From NCBI GenBank assembly GCA_048938105.1, contig JBHLMN010000003.1:32001-96000 (forward strand): a DNA stretch of 64,000 nucleotides, in the 5' to 3' direction. The translations under genes were made by a program, and so were the position numbers. The notes under the pieces were generated by a model. The model saw nothing but the letters and a program-made list of their open reading frames with translations. It was not told where the DNA came from and ran no database searches. Within the stretch, counting starts at the first letter, position 1, and every line of letters begins with the position of its first letter. Shown here in pieces: positions 29,830-40,200 of the stretch. The DNA is from Promethearchaeota archaeon (GTDB lineage: Archaea; Asgardarchaeota; Heimdallarchaeia; Hodarchaeales; Hodarchaeaceae).

Positions 29830-30552
29830 TAGTGATAGTTCACTCTCAGATGGACAATATAATTGTTAATACTTCTCGAGAGACAATTTTAAAACTTTCT
29901 TAAGGTGCATTCGAAACTCTCAATAGTTTCTTATCTTTTAACGACTTTTTACCTCCTAGAGTCATGATTAACTTGGATATTTGTTGAGGAGAAATTTAGG
30001 GTCATTATACACCAAATTAAAACTTTTAAAAGATTTAAAGATAGAAACTGTAAAAGCAAATTCTTTACTTGATTTTGGGACACATTTAATCTAAGAATCT
30101 TTTGATTAAGAGAATTATGATAAATTTGGTTTCTTTTAATTAAGCTATTACTAAAAAACGGAGAGGAAAGATAGTAAAGAATTTATTACAGATAATCTCC
30201 TTAAAGTAACTGATATATTAACAAAAAAAATGTAATTACTAAAAAACTGTATTAGACAAGAGAGATGTCTTTTCACTAAAACTCTTCCGTTCCACCGTTG
30301 TATTGTGAATCAGTAGAGGATCAATATAAAGAAAAGAATTGGTATTATTAATGAAATAAGAAGAATCCTCGAGTTCAATTCGGTTAATTATAAAAACCTG
30401 TGAATTATAATAACAAGAATACAAGTTGACTCTCTAAAGAGTCTTCTTATAAAAACATCAAAACAAGAAACCCGTCATTAAATCCTAATTTAAAAATAAC
30501 TCTAGAGAATTTATTCGTAAGTTAAATATCCCCCGAGGAAGGTTTATTTAAA
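29830..30552. promoter_or_regulatory. Long AT-rich divergent intergenic region between the FtsX permease and the giant-protein operon
   Basis: 723 bp without a credible ORF. Contains inverted repeat GACTCT-CTAA-AGAGTC (30428-30443) and SD-like GAGGAAGG before ATG 30553. Confidence 0.5.
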
Positions 30553-33500
30553 ATGTATGAACTAGAAGTATTGCGTACGTATATGAAAAATGCTAAAATT
30601 ACTCCCCGAAGAATATTACAAGTCTCTTTTGGAATTATAATATTGCTGATTGTTGCTAGCAACTCAATATCCGCGGTAGCTTATCGATCGGAAATAAGTC
30701 AAGCTGTGGAAGAACAATCACAGAGGTTAATCTATACCTATTCACCTGATGACCGTATTGGAATTCTATATGGAGGAAATGATCCAGTCATCGCAGGAAC
30801 AGCGGTCTCACTATTTACCTCATTACGAATTGTCTATACCTCCATTGATCTAATACCAGTCTCTAGTTTGGATGAAATTGAAGAACTTTCATTATTTCAG
30901 TATAATATTCTCATCTATGTCTTTGAGAGCTCAACAGATGGAGTAATTATAGGAGAAACAGTCACTTGGAAGGATTTTGTTACATTCCTAACGGCTCATC
31001 CAGAACTTGACCATGTCCTCGGCATGGGAAATACCAACAACTTGTACCGATACTTACCCGTATCCCAAACAAATGTCTGGATAGAGGGTTCAGATGTTCT
31101 AGATGCAGAACTAGTGTATTTGTGGTGCATCTGGTCTGTAGCTGATATTTTAGAGACTAAAAATTCAGAATATTCGGAATACCATAAAGCAGGTATTAAT
31201 ATCCGTAAATTAAGCCTAAAGTGGTTTGCTGATAATATTGGTTCCATTGTGGAGCGGAATTTATCCCCAAAAGATCCAATGGGCGAGGAGGATCTAAAGC
31301 TTAAGCAAGAAAAATATGATAAAATGAAAGAAAGATTTCCAGCAGAGATAAAACCAAAGTTTGATATTCGTGAATTACCAGAAGAAAATAGGCCTGCTAT
31401 GTACATTAAGAAATCAACGGAAGAACCTCTAGGAGTGGGAGATCTTTTAATTGGATTACTTCCCCTTGATTCTGGCCTACAAGGACCTATAGGAGGAATT
31501 CTTGATATTTTGTTAGAAATATTCATCGCTATGGTTGGGGATGAGATCCAGATCTCTGAAGACTCTATGGATATGATTGAAACTGCATTCAAAGCGATTG
31601 AAGCTTTATTAGGCTTCTTTGGAGGAGGAGATATTTCTGTTGAATCAGCTCTTCATACATTGTTTGAAATACTTGAAGACATGATACCCTTTTCAGAGGA
31701 TCTGAAACCATATGTCAACCTACTTATTGACGCCATTCCTCTCCTCAGAGGAGATTTCTCCGCGATAAGTGATATTATTGGCCGTTTACTTGACTTGGTG
31801 ATTCCTGAGAGTTGGTCATGGTTTAAGGATCTTATTAAAGAAATACTTGCCCTTTCTGTAGAAGTAATTGATACAATGCACGAAGAAGGAGGGAATTTTC
31901 TCGATACTTTGCTTTCTGTTGTTTGTGAACGATATTTAGACATATTAATAGATAAATTCTTTGAACTCATTGGTGTTGATGTAGGAGAATATATTACTGG
32001 AATAAAGGTATTCTTTAAAGCCATCATGGATTTTCTAACTAATTTTAATTTTAAGAAAATCATCCAAGAATATTTACCTGACCTTATTGGATTTATCATC
32101 GATACATTAGGCGGAGGTTCAGGTGCTTCGGTCACTACTACTGAAGATGCTGAAACTTGGAGTAAAATTATTGGAATTTTAATGAATTTGTTGATGACCG
32201 CAATTGGATATACTGCTGATGAAGTTGAAATCACAGAAGGGGAAATTGAAGTCAAAAATAATTTAGCAAGTGTCTTTAAGGATTTATTAGAGTTACTCGA
32301 TGAGAAATTTACTGAAGTAACATACGCAGCTGATCAGATCCAGAATTTAATACAACAAATTAATACTATCATCTCTCAAGCAAAAGAAGCTGCATTATCG
32401 GATGTAGATACTTTTGTTTCAAATCTTGAAAATGCAATAACACAAACTGGATTTCAATTTCATTCTGACAGCACTAAAAATGCCAAGATCAAAGAAATGA
32501 TTGTTTCTGGGGCTACGATGGTCGCTGGGGCCATTAATGGTGATTTTACTAATAAGGATAAACTCCCAAATCTCAATAGTACCGTAGATTTCTTAATTGA
32601 TGTTACTGAATTTATGATTGGAGATATTGATGACACAAAAGAAGTGAAAATTAAGAAAGCTGTGAACAACATTGTGGCCATCATTGCAGTTATCAGTGAT
32701 AAAGACGAATTAAAACAATATATTAGCAGTACAATTGAGAAATTCAAGCAACAATTCTCAGATCCCGTTGCTTTGATTCAGAATACAATTAACTTTTTAA
32801 TAACGGGCGCCCAAGGACTTAATCTCAATACTGATGTTTTAGAAAAGATCAAGACCTTTGCAGAAATGGGAGTAGGGTTCTATAATATAATAATGTCGGC
32901 AAAAGACAATAGTATCCAAGGTATATTGCAAGCTCTTATTCAAAATATTGGTATGAGTCTTATTAAGGAATTTACTGGTGTAGACATTTCATTTGTCAAT
33001 GACATCTTGAAGTTCATCTTTCCAAAATTCTTCGGTGTTGATAGTTCAGAGCTGCCTTCTGCTCAAGAAATGATCAGTAATCTTCTCAGTCAACTAGATC
33101 AAGTAGATGGACTAGATGCAATAGTTAGTTCTGCTACAGGAGGCGCATTATCAAATCTAAACGATTTAAAAGATGCAATTGAGGCAATATTAGGATTTAT
33201 CTTTAGTGCAAAAGATATTTTCACAGATGGTATTCGCTGGCTCTTTGGACAGCTGATGGATTGGCTAGGTGGACAAATTGAACAATTAATCAGCATGCTA
33301 TTAGATGCTATCACAAATGCTCTTAATGCAAGTGACCTTTTCCCTCCTGAATGGGCTGGATCGTTACCAATAGGATTAGGCGGTTTTAGTCTTTTCAGTA
33401 TCGGCATTGAATTAGGTTTATATCCCCATTTCGGATTTGATGAATCAGCTTTTTCAGATTGGATGCTAGATATTGTCTTTGGAGGTTTGAATCCATTTGC

Positions 33501-36500
33501 AGGTGGAGATATTGCTGATTTCTTCAAAAAGATATTTTCATTCTTCGAATTAATACCAACCTTCAAAGCAGGATTTGAAATTGGAGGATTTGGGACTGAA
33601 GAAAATCCCATGATGGCTTTTCTCCTCGAATCTCTCGGACTTGAACTGGAATTCTCAGGCAAAGGGTGGTTCGAGATGGAGTTATTTACCCTAAAAGGTG
33701 GGGTTTTTGATACTGATAACTTCTTTAAGGTTATTGAATGGGGTTTCTCGTTTACCATTACTATCTCGAGAACTTTTACATTATTGGACTTCTTGACCGG
33801 AGGTACTGCTGGAGCACTTAATGCAATTGGAGAATACATTGGTTTAGATGCAATTACTGTAACAGTCTCATTTGGTATATTTCTTGAAGTTGTAAAACGG
33901 GCGGCTTCCGCTACTGGCCCAGAAGAAGGTTCATTTACGCTTAAAATTACTATAGGTCTGGCTGTCCACCTTGGTCTTAATCTCCTGATAGTTGGAATAT
34001 CTTTTGACTTTTCACTAGAGATCATACTGACGTTTTTCCAAGATCTTGTGGCCCCCACGCCGCTTCAGATTTTCTTGGAGATCATCCTCCGGTTCAGCGT
34101 CACTCTCACATTTCTATTCTGTGATTGGGAAATTGAATTTGAGTGGAAACCTCTCGACCCGTCTCCCTTAGAATTAACTCCAACTAACAAAGCGGAACAA
34201 GAAGATAGTGGGGCGATGGGCCTAGACGATGATGGCGATGGTTTAGGTAATGCATACGAGGAAAATACACCTGGTCTTAATCCCCTATCAGAAGACACCG
34301 ATGGGGACGGACTCACAGATAAGTTTGAAACTCAAACATCGAAAACCGATCCCATCTTACCAGATACCGATGGCGATGGATTGGACGATTTTGTCGAGTA
34401 TCACCATACAAAAACAAATCCTCGTCAACCAGATACTGATTGGGACGGATTAACTGATTATGAAGAGGCAATCATCATCCAAACTGACCCATTAGACACT
34501 GATACAGACGATGATGGTATTGATGATAATTATGAGGTCAATCATGCCTATGATATCTTGGGAGTGACACCCTCCGTAGAATATGTCATGATTGGAGGTG
34601 TCAAATATTACGATCGAACGGATCCCCTCAATCCTGATACCGATGGAGATGGCCTCATTGATGGAGAAGAAGGTGAATACGGTCCCTATTATGGTTTAGA
34701 TGACCTCTATAATGAGACAGCAGAAGCAGGTACTGATACCCCACCACTTATTTTCAATGGCGGATATACTCACCCCCTAGATAACGATACTGACGATGAC
34801 ACTTGGGAACAGCTATATGATGGAAAAATAGCCCCAAGTAAAGCACATGCTTGGGTGAAACTAAAAGATGGAACATACATTCTAACCACAGATTGGTGGG
34901 AAATCAAAGGAATGCCCATAGTCTACATGATAGAAGGAGAACCAGTGCTGAATATTACTTATACGAACCCCTGCAATCCTGATACTGATGGAGATACTGG
35001 TATTGGAGGCTACGATCGAACTGGTGCCCCTGATAAGGAACATAATGACCCACCAATAAGTGAAATTCTCAATTCTGATGGATATGAATTATCATTAGAT
35101 CCCCCAAGTGATCCCTGCGATGCTGACACTGACAACGATGGATTGATTGATGGTCTAGAAGGTACAAGAGGTTCGACATCGAATCACACGCATTATGCTA
35201 ATCCTGACACTGATGGCGATGGATTAGGTGATTTACAAGAAGTTTTATTGGGTTCTGACCCCAGACATCCTGATGGGGATCACGATATGGTCATAGACGG
35301 CGATGAATACTTTAAATACGGAACTCATCCAGCAAATCCTGATACTGATTATGATGGGCTCTTAGACGGTGAAGAGTTATATTGGTATCACACTAATCCA
35401 TTCTCAGTTGATAGTGATGGTGATCGAATCAGTGATTGGATGGAACTTATGGTCTACTTTACTGATCCCATGGACGAGGATACCGATAATGATCGACTAG
35501 ACGACTATGAGGAAACGTTCATCTATAAAACTAAGCCTCATGATCCTGATACTGATTCAGAAGAATGGAATGATTTGAATCATAATAACCGATATGATGG
35601 ACTTAAGGAATGGGATTTAGAGTACGATGAAAACGGTAATGGCGTCTGGGACGGTGATTATCTTCGAGACGGTGACGAGGTGTATGGTACCTACAATGGA
35701 ATTAAAACAGATCCCCTTCAATGGGATACAGACCACGATTCTATTACTTACTTCGTTGTGTATGGAGGTGGAAAAATAGACTATACTTTCCGCATGTCTG
35801 ACGGTGATGAGCTATACTATTACGGTACTAATCCAACTTATGGAGACACAGATCTTGATGGAATTACAGATGGTTGGGAATTATATTTAGGTTCAGGCTT
35901 AATTCCCAATTTCAAACCAATGCCATTAGATGCTTTGAATGATGACACTGACGGTGATACATTAGTTGATGGGCTTGAATTAATGATTGCTAACTTCACG
36001 AGTTTGATCTATCCCTATATTGGATTTTATACAGTACGGCCTTACAACACCTCACCTGTCTTACCAGATTCGGATTTCGACTTTTTGAATGATTCAGAGG
36101 AAATTGATATCTACCATACTCGTCCTGACAAAGTGGACACTGATAACGACACATTAAGCGATTATGATGAAATTTTCTTCCACTTTACAAATCCACTTAG
36201 AAATGATACCGATGCGGACGGATTAATGGATTGTAATGAGACAACAGCCATTGTTCCACTTGTAGGAATAGAATCTAAAGGCATAAAATTCTCTATTAAA
36301 TTATCGGGGCATATAGATACGGTAACAGGGGAAATGTATTATCCTGATTATCCAACGAATGCTACTGATAGGGATACTGACGATGATCTACTACCAGATG
36401 GGGCGGAACTAGATCCTGACCTGCCTTATAATCAGGCAGGTACTGACCCTATGATCACAGACAGCATTGTAAACGGTACACAAGACGGACTTCTATTTGA

Positions 36501-37194
36501 TTCGGATCATGATTACATCCCAGATGGCTATGAGTACTTTGGTGACGGCCCGAATGGAACCTTAACCGCAACAGCATCGATCGGAGGGGGTGGGCCATTC
36601 AATCCCGATAGTGACCATGACGGTCTTATTGATGGATTAGAATGGTTAGAATATGGTACTAATGCTACCAATTGGGATACGGATAACGATTCTTGGTCTG
36701 ATGGCTTAGAGATTCTTCTTGGCACAAATGCTACCGAGTGGACCAACGCATCAGATATTTATGACGCATTAGATGCTTACCGTGGCGATTTAGTAATTAC
36801 ATCTCCAATCGAAACTTCCTATGAAACAGAGTCATTAACAGTTACTGCTACTAATTTTTCGATATTAACAAATGTTAAGTACCGTTTCACACATGGGCCA
36901 GTTTCTCACGAAGAAACAATGATGAATTATAACAACAGGCAATACCAGTGGCAAAGCCAACTATTAACTCTACCCAAAGGTGATTACACACTTGAAGTGA
37001 TCGGAACCAAACCAGATGACTCTGAAATAGTGAAAAGGGTTCGATTCTTTATCCAAATGGAGCCTTTACAGTTAGAACCTATTCTTATTGGCGGTTTGAT
37101 CGGATTCAGCGGGGTATCATTACTTCTGTTTTTAATTGAAATTGTGGACATCCAGAAATTATTATTCTGGCGGCGCAAAGAAGGAGGGCTCTAA
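30553..37194 (+). CDS. Giant membrane-anchored surface protein: alpha/beta N-domain, amphipathic helical region, amphipathic beta region, TSP3-like Ca-binding repeats, Ig-like domain, TM
   Basis: Signal peptide, about 24 hand-counted DxDxD(G)xxDxxE...T(D/N)P repeats (34225-36720), and C-terminal TM plus WRRK. Confidence 0.85.
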   Translation: MYELEVLRTYMKNAKITPRRILQVSFGIIILLIVASNSISAVAYRSEISQAVEEQSQRLIYTYSPDDRIGILYGGNDPVIAGTAVSLFTSLRIVYTSIDLIPVSSLDEIEELSLFQYNILIYVFESSTDGVIIGETVTWKDFVTFLTAHPELDHVLGMGNTNNLYRYLPVSQTNVWIEGSDVLDAELVYLWCIWSVADILETKNSEYSEYHKAGINIRKLSLKWFADNIGSIVERNLSPKDPMGEEDLKLKQEKYDKMKERFPAEIKPKFDIRELPEENRPAMYIKKSTEEPLGVGDLLIGLLPLDSGLQGPIGGILDILLEIFIAMVGDEIQISEDSMDMIETAFKAIEALLGFFGGGDISVESALHTLFEILEDMIPFSEDLKPYVNLLIDAIPLLRGDFSAISDIIGRLLDLVIPESWSWFKDLIKEILALSVEVIDTMHEEGGNFLDTLLSVVCERYLDILIDKFFELIGVDVGEYITGIKVFFKAIMDFLTNFNFKKIIQEYLPDLIGFIIDTLGGGSGASVTTTEDAETWSKIIGILMNLLMTAIGYTADEVEITEGEIEVKNNLASVFKDLLELLDEKFTEVTYAADQIQNLIQQINTIISQAKEAALSDVDTFVSNLENAITQTGFQFHSDSTKNAKIKEMIVSGATMVAGAINGDFTNKDKLPNLNSTVDFLIDVTEFMIGDIDDTKEVKIKKAVNNIVAIIAVISDKDELKQYISSTIEKFKQQFSDPVALIQNTINFLITGAQGLNLNTDVLEKIKTFAEMGVGFYNIIMSAKDNSIQGILQALIQNIGMSLIKEFTGVDISFVNDILKFIFPKFFGVDSSELPSAQEMISNLLSQLDQVDGLDAIVSSATGGALSNLNDLKDAIEAILGFIFSAKDIFTDGIRWLFGQLMDWLGGQIEQLISMLLDAITNALNASDLFPPEWAGSLPIGLGGFSLFSIGIELGLYPHFGFDESAFSDWMLDIVFGGLNPFAGGDIADFFKKIFSFFELIPTFKAGFEIGGFGTEENPMMAFLLESLGLELEFSGKGWFEMELFTLKGGVFDTDNFFKVIEWGFSFTITISRTFTLLDFLTGGTAGALNAIGEYIGLDAITVTVSFGIFLEVVKRAASATGPEEGSFTLKITIGLAVHLGLNLLIVGISFDFSLEIILTFFQDLVAPTPLQIFLEIILRFSVTLTFLFCDWEIEFEWKPLDPSPLELTPTNKAEQEDSGAMGLDDDGDGLGNAYEENTPGLNPLSEDTDGDGLTDKFETQTSKTDPILPDTDGDGLDDFVEYHHTKTNPRQPDTDWDGLTDYEEAIIIQTDPLDTDTDDDGIDDNYEVNHAYDILGVTPSVEYVMIGGVKYYDRTDPLNPDTDGDGLIDGEEGEYGPYYGLDDLYNETAEAGTDTPPLIFNGGYTHPLDNDTDDDTWEQLYDGKIAPSKAHAWVKLKDGTYILTTDWWEIKGMPIVYMIEGEPVLNITYTNPCNPDTDGDTGIGGYDRTGAPDKEHNDPPISEILNSDGYELSLDPPSDPCDADTDNDGLIDGLEGTRGSTSNHTHYANPDTDGDGLGDLQEVLLGSDPRHPDGDHDMVIDGDEYFKYGTHPANPDTDYDGLLDGEELYWYHTNPFSVDSDGDRISDWMELMVYFTDPMDEDTDNDRLDDYEETFIYKTKPHDPDTDSEEWNDLNHNNRYDGLKEWDLEYDENGNGVWDGDYLRDGDEVYGTYNGIKTDPLQWDTDHDSITYFVVYGGGKIDYTFRMSDGDELYYYGTNPTYGDTDLDGITDGWELYLGSGLIPNFKPMPLDALNDDTDGDTLVDGLELMIANFTSLIYPYIGFYTVRPYNTSPVLPDSDFDFLNDSEEIDIYHTRPDKVDTDNDTLSDYDEIFFHFTNPLRNDTDADGLMDCNETTAIVPLVGIESKGIKFSIKLSGHIDTVTGEMYYPDYPTNATDRDTDDDLLPDGAELDPDLPYNQAGTDPMITDSIVNGTQDGLLFDSDHDYIPDGYEYFGDGPNGTLTATASIGGGGPFNPDSDHDGLIDGLEWLEYGTNATNWDTDNDSWSDGLEILLGTNATEWTNASDIYDALDAYRGDLVITSPIETSYETESLTVTATNFSILTNVKYRFTHGPVSHEETMMNYNNRQYQWQSQLLTLPKGDYTLEVIGTKPDDSEIVKRVRFFIQMEPLQLEPILIGGLIGFSGVSLLLFLIEIVDIQKLLFWRRKEGGL

Positions 37195-37213
37195 GATGAA
37201 AGGAGGACATAAT

Positions 37214-40200
37214 ATGACAAGAATTCTTTTAAAACTAATGGCAATATTCTTCATTGGTATATTCCTTTTAAGCCCAGTATCTACAACAGGCATTCTTCAG
37301 GACATTACATACGATGGAGCAACCTCTCTTCCTTCATTAAGGAGCTCCGTTTCACAAGATACCGTCTCGAGTCCAGTAATTCGTAGTGATGATGAACCTG
37401 GTGTTAACGATCGCTATATTCCTGAGGATTATGATATCACAAAGTTCCTCATGAACAACGAAATGGCAACGTATCAAAAAGTATGGGAACCTTGGTTAAC
37501 GAAAGCTGCTGTAAGATGTCTCGCAACTGATCCAAATAACGAATGGATAGCAGTCGGGGGTGGCTATTTGTATGACAATGAGATCCATCTTTACCGCTGG
37601 AACGATTACACCAGAGAATATGATGAGGTGTGGGATAGTGGTGATCAGATCATTCAGGGTGATGTACTCTCAATAGATTTCGGGGATACTGATAATAACG
37701 ATTTTCTGGAAATTGCCTGTGGGAGTGCAGATGGACATGTGTATGTTTTTGAGCAAGAACATATTTACGATCCTTTTGACAACATGGAAAATCAATTCGT
37801 ACATGTTTGGACAAGCCCTAAACTCCAACAAGTTTGGGGAGTCAAAATCGCTGATGTCGATAAAGATTACCTCCCTGACATCATTGCAGGATCTTGGGAT
37901 GAAAAAGTCCATGTCTATGAATACACGAACCATTCAGGTTATCCATTCTCGAAACAACATTGGATTGAATTTACAGAAAAGACCACTATAGATGTTGGCG
38001 AAAAAATATTCTCTATTGCCACAGGGGACACAAACTACAATGCTCTCCCTGAAATCATAGTTGGCACCCAGGAAGGACGTGTTTACATTTATGAGAATAA
38101 TGGAACCATTTTAACGATTAATGGTGAGCCCTGGCCTCTCACCCATGATAATTCCTACCGTTATCACTGGGATACTGGCAATACTTCTTGGAAACCAATT
38201 CTTCGGATTATTGTAGATCAACTTGATGATGACTTAGCAGATGAAATTGTCTATATTTCAGTAGGACAAAATGTCTTTATCATTAATTGGGATAAAACCG
38301 TTGGTATTAAAGGACGATATCTAACCCACCAACTTTGGGAACCTTTGGACTCGTGGGAGCTTGGTGGTCTAGAAGGACTAGGCCATTACCTCAATCACTA
38401 CATCGATTGGATGACTTGGTCTAACAATAATAATACTGGAAACGATGATGAACACGTTTTCAATGAAGAAGGAGCATATAAAATTCTCGAACCTTATCCA
38501 TATCCGTGGATGCCACAATGGCCAAAAAATACATCAATGGCAATCACACGGAAACTTGATCCATGGGGAGAGGGGTTAGATAAATGGATTAAAGGAGTGC
38601 ATTTTCAATATGACCCAGCTGAGAACTATACGACCTTTGATGCTTTGGATACCCTTGCAAGTGCCATCGTCGATTGGGGAAATGATGGAGAGGTTATGGG
38701 AGATGGGCTTTGGGCCATTCCAGACGCGGATCTTGGTTACGATGTCATGTTACGATTCCATTGGAATACAATACCCAATTTAAATCAAATTTCCTTTGAA
38801 ATATCTCGAGGTGATGGTGAATGGGCATTAATACCCAAGAAGGATATTTCTTTAGCCCATGTCGCGGTGGATACTAAGGATGACGATCTTTGGATTGACA
38901 TCGATCCCATCCTTTCGAAAAATCACTGGGCATATTTCCGTTATATGCGAATTAATGTTACTAATGGGGGCATTTTCAAGATTAAAGGTGGTTACGCTCC
39001 AATCCTGTACCGACCAATGGATACTGCTACTTCCGTTGCCATTGGTAATTTGGATTTAAGTTACTACAAAGCTTATACAACAGGTGAATCAGAGGGAAAG
39101 AAAATAGTTCTCGGTACATCCGACGGTAAAATAGTAATGTTTGAATATAATTCAGCAACAAAAGGATATGATGTTCTGTGGAATTCTTATAAGAACGATA
39201 CTTACACTTATGGGACAAATATCTGGGATATTGTGGAAGTTAAGAGCCCAGGTAAGATCCCAACGTGGTTGTACAACGAAGCCACAAGTAATATTCTAGC
39301 AGAAAATCTTGGTTCGACACTCCAGAGTGAGGGACTAGGAAACTTTGCAGCTATGGATCATGCTAATCTAGTACAGTCCTTCTTTGAAACTCTCTTTGGA
39401 TTTGTAACTGAGTTCTTCCCTGGTATGGAAGGCATCATTGAACTCAATATTCCTGGTAATGATCTAGTTGTGGGCACAGATACGGGTGATTTAGTCGTAT
39501 TTTCAGCATTAACAGGGGAATATTCTGAGATGGGAACTTACTTCTTTATTCTTCCTATCGCTGATCCATTTTATATGGATACTTCCGTCTCTCCAACATT
39601 CGTAGACTTTCTAGAGACCAACCCTCTTGATGTTCTTGATCTTATGAAAGAGGAAACAATGTTTCTCAGTTGGGTCAAAAATGACCAGTTGTATAACCCA
39701 GAGGAATTTGGCAGCAGATCAATTGCTGGGATTGATGTTTACACTTACGAATTTCCTGCTGTAAGCTATGCAATTCCTGCTCCTTTCAATCAATATGGAA
39801 ACTTCATAATGAAATTTGAGCTAGCTGAAAGGGAAATTACTGGATTGCTTTCACGGGCCTTAGAAAAGTCCATGAATATCCCTGATATAGCAGCTGGAGA
39901 TGTTGATGGTGATGGTGATAAAGATCTTGTTGTGACAAATGGACGGATTTATTATCTTGAGAACATTATGAATAACATATTCATCTTAGAACCTGAATAT
40001 TTCCAAGATCTCAACCTTCAAACCACAAATAAACTCTATACTTCTCCCGAACTTTATGATTTTGACGGAGACGGAGATTTGGATCTCTCAGTTGGTTTTT
40101 CAAACAGAGAAGGGGCAACATACTTCGAAAACGTTGGCCAACGGTGGGCTCCAGAGTGGAAAGAAAACAAATGGCTCTTTACAAACTCATGGGGTGGATT

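Noticed and set aside
30996-34316. Long antisense ORFs (198, 200 and 319 aa) within the 2213-aa gene, and similar shadows elsewhere
   Set aside because: Ser/Ile-rich mirror frames of a strongly coding strand with no motifs.
34225-36720. Repetitive DNA (gatactga...gatgg) that might be a CRISPR or tandem array
   Set aside because: These are degenerate codon-level echoes of in-frame protein repeats, with no fixed repeat-spacer structure.
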